NCBI GenBank assembly: GCA_963817895.1
Contig: CAWFQB010000004.1
Span: 768,001 to 832,000, forward strand
Length of the DNA: 64,000 nucleotides
Direction of reading: 5' to 3'
Source of the DNA: an uncultured Chthonomonadaceae bacterium
Lineage (GTDB): Bacteria > Armatimonadota > Chthonomonadetes > Chthonomonadales > Chthonomonadaceae
The position numbers and the translations under genes were made by a program. Position 1 is the first letter of the stretch. Each line of letters starts with the position of its first letter. This document shows positions 1-10,367 of the stretch, piece after piece. Below the pieces are notes generated by a model, which ran no database searches, was not told the DNA's origin, and saw only the letters and a program-made list of their open reading frames with translations.

Positions 1-2
1 GC

Positions 3-1409
3 GTGTTGCCTGCTGTCACTTGCGCGGCGCAGGAAAGCGCGGAACTCGCCCACAAACTCAAAATTCCGCAGGTGAAGTTTTCGCAGTTCAAATTGAAGAA
101 CGGCCTGCGCGTCGTCCTTGCGCCCGACAAAAGCGCGCCCGTTGTGGCGGTCAGCGTCACCTATGATGTCGGTTCGCGCAATGAGCGTCCGGGGCGAACC
201 GGGTTTGCCCACCTGTTCGAGCATCTGATGTTTCAGGGTTCGGAAAACATCGGCAGGGGCGAGCATTTCGTTCTTGTCAACGACAATGGCGGCTCGTTCA
301 ATGGAACTACCAACGCCGACCGTACCAATTTTTTTGAAACCCTGCCCGCCAACCAACTCGACCTTGCCCTGTATCTGGAAGCCGACCGGATGCGCGCGCT
401 CGACATCAACAAGGACAATCTGGATAACCAGCGGCTTGTAGTGCAGGAGGAGCGCCGTCAGCGGTACGACAATCAGCCGTACAGCGGTTTTCAGGATGCC
501 CTTCTCGATCTGGCCTTTACCAATTTCGCGTACAAGCATACCACGATTGGCAGCATGGACGACCTGAACGCGGCCACGCTGGACGATGTAAAGGCGTTTT
601 ACCAGATGTACTACGCGCCCAACAACGCCGTACTTGCGGTGGCGGGCGATTTCGATCCGAAGACAGCCAGAGGAAAGATCGAGCAGTATTTCGGCAAACT
701 GGTCAAACACCCCGACCCGCCCGCCCTTGATGTTTCGGAACCGGAATTGACCGCCGAAAAGCGGCAGACGGTTGAGGATAAACTGGCGCGAACGCCCCGT
801 CTTTCCATCGCGTTCCCGACCGTACCCGGCAACCATCCCGACTACTACGCCCTGCGCATATTGAGCAGCGTTCTTAATCAGGGGCGGCAGTCCCGTTTGC
901 GAACCGCGCTTGTCACCACCAATCTCGCCCAGAGCGCGAACGCCAGTATTCGCGAATCGCGCGGCATTTCGCTGTTCACATTCGGCGTGAATATGAGCGG
1001 CAGCAGCGACGAGACGAAAATCGAGGCCGCGCTTATGGACGCGATTCATAAAGTGCAGACGGACGGCCCCACGCCCGAAGAGTTGCGCCGCGCCAAAGCG
1101 TCCGCGCAAACGCAGTCGCTGTCCGGCCTGCAAACCTCGCTGAACCGCGCTAATACTCTCGCCGAGTACGCCGTGTTTTACAACGATCCGGGGCGCATCA
1201 ACGCGCTGTTGCCGCATCTGGAAGCGGTCACGGCAGAGGATGTGAAGCGCGTCGCGCAAAAATACCTTGTGGAAAAGCATCGGCTCATCGTGCTGGGCAA
1301 ACCCGCCCGCGCCACGCCGACTCCCACGGATGAGAGCGACGCTTCCGCAAATCCGTTCCAGCTTCTGCCTTTCGCTTCTGACCTGTCGCCTGTGGAGGTA
1401 TCGCAGTAA
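3..1409 (+). CDS. M16 (pitrilysin/insulinase family) zinc peptidase, catalytic subunit; 5' end probably outside the window
   Basis: Inverted zinc motif HxxEH (FAHLFEHLMF), NGTTNADRT, YYAPNNAVL. Confidence 0.92.
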   Translation: MLPAVTCAAQESAELAHKLKIPQVKFSQFKLKNGLRVVLAPDKSAPVVAVSVTYDVGSRNERPGRTGFAHLFEHLMFQGSENIGRGEHFVLVNDNGGSFNGTTNADRTNFFETLPANQLDLALYLEADRMRALDINKDNLDNQRLVVQEERRQRYDNQPYSGFQDALLDLAFTNFAYKHTTIGSMDDLNAATLDDVKAFYQMYYAPNNAVLAVAGDFDPKTARGKIEQYFGKLVKHPDPPALDVSEPELTAEKRQTVEDKLARTPRLSIAFPTVPGNHPDYYALRILSSVLNQGRQSRLRTALVTTNLAQSANASIRESRGISLFTFGVNMSGSSDETKIEAALMDAIHKVQTDGPTPEELRRAKASAQTQSLSGLQTSLNRANTLAEYAVFYNDPGRINALLPHLEAVTAEDVKRVAQKYLVEKHRLIVLGKPARATPTPTDESDASANPFQLLPFASDLSPVEVSQ

Positions 1410-3109
1410 TGAATGTATTTCACTGCCGAGAGGCTTTCCGGTCTCGCCAGTTCCGCCAGGGGGTGAAAACCCCTGTCTGTAAGGCTTGCGGCCAAGCGTC
1501 CTACGGACGCAATCTCTTGTTTATAGATTCCTGCGTCCGTAGGACGCTCGGCGGAACGCCACTCAGACGGGTACTTTCAGTACCCGTAACCTTGAGTTTG
1601 TGCGCCGGGTTGCTGTGCGTTTCTCTGATGGCGCGGGCGCAGGAAGCGGATGATTTGAGCGCGGATTCGGGACGGCGCGCGGTTCTGAAAAACAAAGCGC
1701 CTGTCGCGTCCGAACTGCTGGCGTTGAAACTGCCGCGCCCAACCGAAGCCGTTTTGCCTAACGGCCTGCGCATCTTCGTGCTGGAAAACCATAAACTGCC
1801 CACTGTCCGCATGGCGCTGACCATGAAAGCCGGAACTCTGCTGGAACTCAAACCCGGACTGGCGCAATTGACCGCTTCCCTGCTTACAGAAGGCACGACA
1901 ACCCGTTCTTACACGCAGATTACCGAGCCGCTGGAAGATTGGGGCGCGAGTTTTTCGGCCAATGCCGGATTAGAAACGACCACAATCACCACAGCGGGAA
2001 CCAGTGACCACGCGGACGCGCTTGCCGAACTGATGGCCGACGCGCTGTTGCATCCGAGTTTCCCTTCCGATCGTTTGGACAACGCGCTGAACGGGCGCGG
2101 CGGCGGATTTGGTGGCGGTGGCGGCGGTGGCAGGCGCGGCGGTGGGGGCGGTCCGGGTGGACCGGGCGGCGGCAGCAACCCCAACGCCCTCGCAGCCCGA
2201 CAGATGGAACGCCTGTTTTATACCGGAACGCCGTTTGCGCGTCAGCCCGCAACAGCGGTACAGCGACGCGGCTTGAAAGTGGAAGACCTGAAAGGTTTCT
2301 ACGAGGGGTTTTATCATCCTAACGGCGCAGTGCTGGGGATTACCGGCGATGTGAAAGCCAAAGACATAATCGCGTACTTTACGCGCGCCCTTGCTGACTG
2401 GAAACCGGGCGCGAAAGAACCGACGCTGCCAACCGGGGACGTGACGGCAAAAGACACCACGCACATATATCTGATTGACCGGCCCGCGTCCACGCAAACG
2501 TACCTGCTGTTCGCAAACGTCGGCGTCAGCCGAACCGACCCGGATTATATCCCGCTTGTGGTTGCCAACCACATTCTGGGCGGCGGGGCATCCGCGCGCC
2601 TGTTTCAGAACCTGCGCGAAGACAAGGGTTATACCTATGGCGCGTATTCCAGCCTGACGGCTCCGCGCTGGCCGGGAATGTGGCAGGCGACGGCAAGCGT
2701 CCGCACGCCCGTCACCGAAGGCGCAGTGAAAGAGTTCTTCCACGAGTTCAAGCGTATACAGGACAAGCCCGTAACCAGTGACGAACTCGCCCGCGCCAAA
2801 CGCGCCCTCATCGGCAGTTTCGCCCGCACACTGGAGAGTCCCGAAGGCGTGTTGGGCCGGACGCTGGAACTGGTGCAATACAGCCTGCCCCGCGATTACT
2901 GGGATAATTACCCCAACCTGATTGCCGCCGTCACGCCCGCCGACGTGCAGCGCGTGGCGAAAAAGTACCTTGGGGATAACAAAATCCAGTTGGTAGCAGT
3001 CGGAGAACGGGCGCAGATCGAGGAGGGTTTGAAGAAGTTCGGCCCGGTCACGGTGACGACTGCCACTCCCGGAACGGGCGGTCGCGCAGGCCGAACGCCC
3101 GCGCCGTAG
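1409..3109 (+). CDS. M16 peptidase, non-catalytic partner subunit with signal peptide
   Basis: LPNGLRIFV and RLFQNLREDKGYTYG motifs, no HxxEH; GGAGGT RBS and TAATG overlap with the upstream gene. Confidence 0.88.
   Translation: MNVFHCREAFRSRQFRQGVKTPVCKACGQASYGRNLLFIDSCVRRTLGGTPLRRVLSVPVTLSLCAGLLCVSLMARAQEADDLSADSGRRAVLKNKAPVASELLALKLPRPTEAVLPNGLRIFVLENHKLPTVRMALTMKAGTLLELKPGLAQLTASLLTEGTTTRSYTQITEPLEDWGASFSANAGLETTTITTAGTSDHADALAELMADALLHPSFPSDRLDNALNGRGGGFGGGGGGGRRGGGGGPGGPGGGSNPNALAARQMERLFYTGTPFARQPATAVQRRGLKVEDLKGFYEGFYHPNGAVLGITGDVKAKDIIAYFTRALADWKPGAKEPTLPTGDVTAKDTTHIYLIDRPASTQTYLLFANVGVSRTDPDYIPLVVANHILGGGASARLFQNLREDKGYTYGAYSSLTAPRWPGMWQATASVRTPVTEGAVKEFFHEFKRIQDKPVTSDELARAKRALIGSFARTLESPEGVLGRTLELVQYSLPRDYWDNYPNLIAAVTPADVQRVAKKYLGDNKIQLVAVGERAQIEEGLKKFGPVTVTTATPGTGGRAGRTPAP
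1455..1590. repeat. REP-like composite palindrome inside the 5' coding region
   Basis: Hairpins caggggg-tgaaa-acccctg, agcgtcctacggacgca...tgcgtccgtaggacgct and acgggtac-tttca-gtacccgt. Confidence 0.8.
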
Positions 3110-3112
3110 AGT

Positions 3113-3188
3113 TTCTACCTCACCCCGGGCGTCCACCCGCAGAGAAGGACACCCCTCTCCTTGCCGCGCAACGCGCCAGGAGAGGGGC
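3113..3188. repeat. REP-like element (cctcacccc...cctctcc...ggagagggg family) between convergent genes
   Basis: Shares cccctctcctt(g/a)ccgcgcaacgcgcca with the element at 16506. Confidence 0.75.
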
Positions 3189-3202
3189 TTTTTGTTGATA
3201 GG

Positions 3203-4087
3203 TTACTTCTTATGCTTGCCCGTGCCGTAGCCGCGCACGTAGCCGATGCACTGCGCCACCATCGGCATGGAACGATCCATCTGGTACTCGTATTCGACGG
3301 AAATATTGCCGTCGAAACCCTGCTTTTTCAGTTCGTCCAGCAGGGCGGGAACGTCGCTGACGCCCTCGCCATACGGCACGTCATGAGCGCCGGGGCTGTT
3401 TTCATTCAAATCTTTGAGATGGCTGCTGATGATGTGGCCCTTCAAAATTCGCAGCGCGTCCAGCGGTTTTACGCCGGATCGTACCCAGTGGCCCGTATCC
3501 GCGCACGAGCCGATACGCGGGTCGCGGTCGCGCACGACGGATAAAATATAGTTCGGGTCCCACATCTTGTAGTTGGGATCGTTGTTCCGTTTCGGGTGAT
3601 CGTGGAAGGCGACCATGATGTCGAATTCCTTGACCAGCGGCTCGAACGTGTCAATGGCATCAACGGACTCGGTTGTAATGGCGCGAAGTCCGAGCGCTTT
3701 GGCGAACTCGAATACTTTGCGCGCGCCCGCCGGGTCTTTTGGAATGCCCACCACGCCGTAGTTGACGGCTTTGATGTGAAACTCCGCCAGCTTGTCCTTC
3801 ACCTTCTGAATGGTTTCCGGGCTTGCGTCGTGATCCCATTTGACATTTGGCTCGGCCAGACTGAGTTTTTGGCCGGGATAGAATTCAATGATTTTGCCCC
3901 CTGCCTGCGCCGTTTTCTCAATGGCCTCGAACACGGTAAAGTGGTTCCACGTCCACGCCTGACAGCCGATGAAGAAGCCGCCCGACGCGCACTCTTCCGG
4001 TATTTTGTTTTCAGCGCGTACGGGCGCAAGAACAGACAGAAACAGTCCGGCAGCCATTAGCGCGGCCAGAGAATTGCGAACAAACAT
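3203..4087 (-). CDS. Sugar phosphate isomerase/epimerase (xylose isomerase-like TIM barrel), secreted
   Basis: ADTGHW, HLKD and ISVEYE motifs; start reassigned to MFVRNSLAAL, which has a GGAGG RBS and a signal peptide. Confidence 0.85.
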   Translation of the reverse strand: MFVRNSLAALMAAGLFLSVLAPVRAENKIPEECASGGFFIGCQAWTWNHFTVFEAIEKTAQAGGKIIEFYPGQKLSLAEPNVKWDHDASPETIQKVKDKLAEFHIKAVNYGVVGIPKDPAGARKVFEFAKALGLRAITTESVDAIDTFEPLVKEFDIMVAFHDHPKRNNDPNYKMWDPNYILSVVRDRDPRIGSCADTGHWVRSGVKPLDALRILKGHIISSHLKDLNENSPGAHDVPYGEGVSDVPALLDELKKQGFDGNISVEYEYQMDRSMPMVAQCIGYVRGYGTGKHKK

Positions 4088-4107
4088 GATGTAACCTCCA
4101 CATAAAT

Positions 4108-5460
4108 TTATTTCTGAAACACGGGTTCGGGAATATTTTCTGCCGTCGGCATCTGCCTGCGTCCGCTGCAAGCCGCAATTACGCTCGCCGTCAGAGCGGA
4201 AGCCGCCAGCACCAGCAGAGGCGTGGTGAAGCCGAACTTGGAAGGGTCCAACTTTCCAATCGTATATGGGCCAACAAAGCCGCCCAGATTGCCGATGCTG
4301 TTGGTAAGCGCAATCGCGCCTGCTGCTGCCGCGCCTGCCAAAAACTCCGTCGCCAAACTCCAGAACGGGCCGAGCGTACCCCACATGCAGACGGCGGCGA
4401 CCGTCAGCGCGGAAAGGCAAATCACAGGCGAATGGACATTCAAGGCGGCGACTGCCAGGGCGAGACTGCCCACAAAAGCGCAGCACGCCACATGCATGCG
4501 CCGCTCCTGCTTGCGGTCGGAGTGGATGCCGATCAGCACCATGCCCACAGCGGTTGCGATGTAGGGAATGTCCGTAAGGAAGCTCACCTGCAAATCCGAC
4601 AGTTTGCCGAAACTTTTGATGATAGACGGCAGCCAGAATCCATAGCCATACATACTGAGAACGAGCGTGAAATACAGCAGGCTCATCAGCAGAACGCGGG
4701 GTTGCGACAGAGATTGGAAGAGTGTCAGATGGTGCGCCCCACACGCGCTATCTTCCTGTTTCAGCCGGTTGCTAAACCAGCGGCGTTCATGCGGGGCCAG
4801 CCAGGGCGCGTCTTCGGGGCCATTGGGCAGATACCACAAAACGACGAAGGCGACAATCACGGCAGGCAATCCTTCCAGCAAAAACAGCCACTGCCAGCCC
4901 GCCAACCCCAATCCCCGCACCTCCAACAGTTTGCCTGAAATGGGGTTGCCAATAATCAGCGCGGTCATATTTGCCGTCATAAAAAGGGCGACAATGCGCC
5001 CACGTTCCGCCCGCGTAAACCAGCACGTCAGATACAAAATCACGCCGGGAAAAAAGCCCGCTTCGCCCAACCCCAACAGAAAACGCAGAAAATAGAAGGT
5101 CGGGGCGCTATGCGTCATCGCCATCGCCATCGCGAGCAGTCCCCACGTAAACATGATACGCGCAATCCAGCGCTTGGCCCCGAAACGCGCCAGCATCAGG
5201 TTGCTCGGAACCTCGAAAAAGAAGTACCCGATAAAAAAGATGCCCGTACCCATGCCGTATACGGCGTCGCTGAAATGCAGCGCAGGCTGCATTTGCAATT
5301 TGGCAATGGACACGTTGACCCGGTCCAGGTACGCGATCATATAAAGAAAAAACAGGAAGGGGACCAGTCGCAGGGTGGCGCGGCGGATCAGGGCGGCGCG
5401 TTCAACCGGAGATAATTCCACTTCATCAGTTAGTGTCAAACCAGTATCCAATGTAGTCAC
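4108..5460 (-). CDS. MFS transporter, anion:cation symporter (TtuB-like)
   Basis: YLDRVN, FEVPSN, RWIARIM, EAGFFPG, NSIGNLGGF; about 12 TM segments; GTG start with GAGGAG RBS. Confidence 0.9.
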   Translation of the reverse strand: MTTLDTGLTLTDEVELSPVERAALIRRATLRLVPFLFFLYMIAYLDRVNVSIAKLQMQPALHFSDAVYGMGTGIFFIGYFFFEVPSNLMLARFGAKRWIARIMFTWGLLAMAMAMTHSAPTFYFLRFLLGLGEAGFFPGVILYLTCWFTRAERGRIVALFMTANMTALIIGNPISGKLLEVRGLGLAGWQWLFLLEGLPAVIVAFVVLWYLPNGPEDAPWLAPHERRWFSNRLKQEDSACGAHHLTLFQSLSQPRVLLMSLLYFTLVLSMYGYGFWLPSIIKSFGKLSDLQVSFLTDIPYIATAVGMVLIGIHSDRKQERRMHVACCAFVGSLALAVAALNVHSPVICLSALTVAAVCMWGTLGPFWSLATEFLAGAAAAGAIALTNSIGNLGGFVGPYTIGKLDPSKFGFTTPLLVLAASALTASVIAACSGRRQMPTAENIPEPVFQK

Positions 5461-5727
5461 CGTTGCTCCTCGCAGTGGGCTGTAAGGCGCAGGCATTGCG
5501 CCACAGCACAAATCAGGTTGCGGATACATTCACCATTCTTCGGCGGAATTCCTTTGTCGCGAAAACTTTGATATTCCCTTTGAGAAACGGCAGGCGCGCC
5601 AAAACGTATAGCAGCATAGAAAGCAACACCAATCAAACACAAAGCGCCATTTCTAAACGAGTGCCTCGTATCTAATATCTAGTATCTCGTATCTTACTGA
5701 GCGCGTTGCGCAGAAGGAGCGAACCCG

Positions 5728-6709
5728 ATGACGATTTACAGCGTGGAGCCGTTGGCTTCGACCAGACCGACAACCATGAAGGCGGTCCGAATCCACGAAT
5801 ACGGCGGGCCGGAGGTGCTGCGCTACGAGGACGCGCCCATTCCGCAACCCGGCGAGGGCGAAGTTCTGGTGCGGGTGCAGGCGGCGGGCGTAAACCCGCT
5901 GGATTATAAACTCCGGGGCGGCGCGATGCGGCAGATTTTTCCGCTTGCGCTGCCTGCCATTCTCGGCTCGGATTTTGCGGGCGTCGTGGTGGAAGTCGGC
6001 GCGGGCGTGAACCATATTACGGTTGGCGAACATGTGTATGGAACGGCGGGAACGGAAAAGGGTGGGGCGTATGCGCAGTACGTGGTCGCGAAAGCGGGCG
6101 AAATCGCGCACAAGCCGGGAGCGTTGACTGCAGCGGAAGCGGCAAGCGTTCCCGTTGTCGCCCAAACCGCGTGGCAGGCATTGCATCAGGTGGGGCGCAT
6201 CGGGCGGGGCGACAAAGTGCTGATACACGGCGCGGCGGGCGGCGTGGGCATGTACGCCATTCAGTTCGCGAAGCAGGTCGGCTGCCATATCATCGCGCTT
6301 TCTACGCATGAACATTCGCAGCATCTGCGCGACTTGGGCGCGGACACGGTTCTGGACTACAACAATATCCAGTTCGAGCAGCATGTCAGCGGTGTGGATG
6401 TCGCGCTAGATTTAATCGGCGGGGACATACGCGAACGGACATGGCGCGACGCTCAACCCCGGCGGAATTCTCATCAGCACCAACGATCCGCCCTCGCAGG
6501 ACAGGGCAAAAGAGTACAACGTCCGCGCCCAGGCGTTCCAGATGCAGTCGAGCGGGATGCTGCTGGCAGACATCGCCAAACAATTGAATACGGGCGAACT
6601 GCGAACCTTCGTCGCCCGCATCCTGCCCCTTGAACACGCGGCGGAAGCGCAGCAAATTCAGCAGGACGGTCACGTCAATGGCAAAGTCGTCCTGAAAGTG
6701 GCTGACTAA
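5728..6709 (+). CDS. NADPH:quinone reductase / MDR-family oxidoreductase (frameshift near 6450)
   Basis: GVNPLD and VLIHGAAGGVG; C-terminal GHVNGKVVLKV continues in another frame to TAA at 6709. Confidence 0.85.
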
Positions 6710-6876
6710 CAGGCTGAATGGAGAGGAAGCAGAAGCGCAAATTTGCCGGAGCCGGAAAATTGTCAAATTTCCGGTCAACAGAGCAGAACTATCGCCTGTT
6801 CGGCGCGTCAATACACCAACGTTGAAATTAAGAGTAAAACTCTCCCTGCCGTTGCTGAGATAGAAACATCTTTGCA

Positions 6877-6904
6877 GAACTTTTGCGGCTTCTCCCTACG
6901 TCTG
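6877..6904 (+). promoter_or_regulatory. Candidate ECF-sigma promoter
   Basis: GAACTTTT-N14-CGTCTG about 70 nt upstream of the 6976 operon. Confidence 0.5.
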
Positions 6905-6975
6905 TAGAATGGAAGCGCCGGATTAAGACGGTTTCGACAGACTTTTCGTTCTCTCTTGCAGGAAGGAATTTTAGA

Positions 6976-7191
6976 ATGGTGTACCTGGTGATCGTCGCGA
7001 TGCTGATTGCAACCGTTGCCCCCGCCTATGCCTACATAGATGCTGGCAGCGGCAGTTACATGCTGCAAATGGCGATGGCAAGCATTCTGGCTGTCGTCTT
7101 TACGCTCAAGCTCTACTGGCAGCGGCTGTTGCTCTTTCTCTCCAAAATCTTCACTCGCAAAAACAAAACAGAAAATCATGACCAGGTATGA
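6976..7191 (+). CDS. Small membrane protein with a YIDxGSGS motif
   Basis: Signal-like N-terminus, AYIDAGSGSYMLQ, one TM helix, basic tail; AGGAAGGA RBS; ATGA overlap with the next gene. Confidence 0.75.
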   Translation: MVYLVIVAMLIATVAPAYAYIDAGSGSYMLQMAMASILAVVFTLKLYWQRLLLFLSKIFTRKNKTENHDQV

Positions 7192-8587
7192 GCGAATCGG
7201 TTGACCCAGGTTCTTTCCGAGATCCCAACGGGTTCATCTTCTACCGGGGGCAGACGCTTTTCCGTCAGGTGCAGCGCCTCTATCAGCCCCATTATGACCA
7301 GCTCATGCAGTCAGGATTGTATGAGGCTCTGGTCAATGCCGGTTTGTTGATCCCCCATGTCGAAGAACACGTTGATATCGCGCTGAAAACGGGAGCGTAC
7401 CGCGTCCTCCGACCGGAACCGCTCCCGTTTATCTCCTATCCCTACGAGTGGTGTTTCAGTCAGCTTCGCGACGCCGCGCTTGCAACGCTGCAAATCCAGA
7501 TGGAAGCCCTGCGCTTCGGGATGTCACTGAAGGACGCCAGCGCTTACAACATACAGTTTCGCAACGGCAAGCCTCTGCTCATAGATACGCTCTCCTTTGA
7601 GAAATACGAAGCGGGCAAACCCTGGGTGGCCTATCGGCAGTTCTGTCAGCACTTTCTGGCTCCTCTCGCTCTGATGAGCTACACCGATATTCGCCTGGGG
7701 CAGTTGCTGCGCGTTCATCTAGATGGAATTCCCCTCGACCTGACAAGCCGCCTGCTTCCCTGCAACACAAAGTTGCGCATGGGATTGCTGACGCATATCC
7801 ATCTGCATGGCGCGGCGCAAAAGCGCTATGCAGATCAGGCGGGCGCGTCCTGCCGGGGGCGCAGGGGGGATGACACAAACAGCCCTGATGGGCCTGCTCG
7901 ATAATTTGCAAAATACCGTTCGCGGCCTTGCCTGGAAGCCTGTCGGTACGACCTGGGGCGAGTATTACAGCCAGACCAACTATTCGGATACGGCAATGGA
8001 GGGCAAAAAGCGGCTGGTGGCGGATATGCTGGAGGCTATCGGGACAAGTCCGCAAGCCGTCTGGGACATCGGCGCTAATACGGGCGCGTTCAGCCGAATC
8101 GCAAGCGAGCGCGACATTCCAACTCTGGCATGGGATATTGACCCCGCCGCTGTAGAGAAGAACTATCTCCAGTGTCGCGCAAGTCGGAGAAACCCATCTG
8201 CTGCCGCTTATCGTGGATTTCACGAATCCGAGTCCCGATCTGGGCTGGGCGCTGCGGGAGCGTCGCTCCTTTCTGCGTCGCGGGCCTGCCGATCTGGTTT
8301 TCGCGCTCGCCCTCGTCCATCATCTCGCCATCGGAAACAATGTGCCCCTGGGGCGTATCGCGCAATTCTTGCGGGAAGTGGGCGACCGGCTCATCATCGA
8401 GTTTGTTCCCAAAAGCAACTCACAGGTGCAGCGACTGCTTGCCAGCCGGGAAGACATCTTCACAGGCTATACGCAGGCGGACTTTGAAACCGAGTTTCGA
8501 CAATTTTTTCAAATCGTACAATCCGCGCCCGTGCCGGACAGCGAACGTACACTCTATCTCATGCAGGGACACACAATCGGCGATTAG
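7188..8587 (+). CDS. NoeA-like kinase-like/class I SAM-methyltransferase protein (frameshifts near 7850 and 8190)
   Basis: SFRDP, ISYPYEW and LKDASAYNIQF in the N-domain; WDIGANTG SAM motif; ALALVHHLAI and IEFVPK, spread over three frames. Confidence 0.8.
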
Positions 8588-8639
8588 CAGGCATGCTATC
8601 AGCCGAATGTTTCGCCCAATCTTACAAGTGGTATGCCTA

Positions 8640-10292
8640 ATGTTAAGATTTCCTTCCTCCAACTCACAGGCCAATAATTCCTCTGACTTATCCGAAGCCG
8701 CTGCCACGCAGTCTTCTGCCTCGCAGCAGGATGGGAAGCAGCGGAGCATCTGGCCCATACATCCCGTTTTATTCGCGTTGTTTCCTATCTTGTCGCTGTT
8801 TGCCCATAATATGGGGCAAGTTCCCTTCATTCAACTGAGAAGCCACTGGCTTATGCGTTGGCGGGGACAGCGGGCGTCTGGGCGCTATTCCGGCTGATAC
8901 GTCGACAACGCGCGCAAGGCGGCGATAGTGACGGCGGGCGTGGTATTAGCGTTCTTTTCCTACAGGCATATCAACGATGTGCTACCGAACTTTCTGCATC
9001 CGCTCGTTGCTCCAGTCTGCGTTATTGGCCTGACATTGCTCCTAATCGCCGCGCTGAGAACGCGCAGCGCCCTCCGCGAAGCGACGGCCATTCTGAATGT
9101 CATGTCCATCGCGCTGATCGCGCCGTCTTTATGGACTATCGGCGCGAATTTTGGACATACAGCGCCAAACGGCAAGTCGCTTTCCCGTCAATTTGAGGAG
9201 ATCGCCCTATCCCACGCCGACCGTCCGCCCACCGGCCTCAGTCCTCCTCGCCATCTTGTCGCTGCCAATCCCGATCTGCCCGACGTTTACTATATCATTC
9301 TGGACGCTTACGGACGCGCGGATCGCTTGAAACAATTCTACGGTTACGACAATACGCCCTTTTTGGATGCGTTGCGAAAGCGCGGCTTTTACATTGCGCA
9401 AAACAGTCGCGCTAATTACGACCAGACATGCCTGTGCCTGCCAAGCTCTCTCAACATGAATTATCTGGATAATTCACAAAATCAGTTGTCGCCGGAAGCG
9501 TCTGCGTCAGAGGATAGATGACAATGCCGTAGCCGCCGCGTTGCGTAAGTTCGGTTATCGCTATGTCTGCATCTGGTCCGGCCAGGAAATTTCCCGCGTC
9601 ACTACGGCAGACCTGGTTCTCAATAATCAGCCGGATTTGACCCGGTTTGATACGGAAATGATGAGCCTGACGCCGGTGGGCGCAACATCGCAAAGTGCAG
9701 CATGACCGTCATGCGAGGCATCGGGAGCGACTACTGGGCGTTTTCGACAATCTGGATACCGTCGCCAAACTGCCGTACCCGAAGTTTGTGTTTGCGCATC
9801 TTCTGGCTCCGCATCCCCCCTTCGTTCTCGGCGCAAATGGCGAAGAGATTTACCCACCTGCGCATTTTTACCTATGGGGACGGGTCAATGTTGTTGCAGC
9901 AGATTTCGCGCCCGGAGTACCAGAGTGGATATATCGGTCAATTGCAATACGTGAACAAGCGCGTCATACAAGCGGTGGACGCGATTCTGCAGCAGTCTCG
10001 TCGTCCCCCTGTCATTATCCTTCAGGGCGATCACGGTTCGCGCATGAATGTGGATTGGGACAGCCTGAAAAACACCGACTTGCGCGAACCATTCTCGATC
10101 TTTAATGCCTACTATGTACCCGATAAAACGCGCGCCGCGTTATACGACACGATCACGCCGATCAACTCGTTTCGCGTTCTGCTCAACACCCTGTTTGGCG
10201 GCAAGTACGCTCACCTGCCTGACCGCAGTTTCTACTCCACCTATGATCAGCCCTACGACTTTACCGAAGTGACGAAACTCATTGGGAAATAG
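8640..10292 (+). CDS. Membrane-anchored sulfatase-like (alkaline phosphatase superfamily) protein, several frameshifts
   Basis: N-terminal TM helices, PDVYYIILDAYGR, FAHLLAPHPPF, IILQGDHG, ITPINSFR across 4-5 ORF fragments. Confidence 0.78.
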
Positions 10293-10367
10293 AGCCTTAA
10301 TCGGAATTAGCGTCTTTAGAAGTAGAGCGTTTGGAAGCAGAGTTTTCAGAAACAGCGCCTTCCGCCT

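Noticed and set aside
3203..4744. 513-aa ORF as an MFS-epimerase fusion
   Set aside because: The extension is an alternative frame of the MFS gene; the real start is 4087
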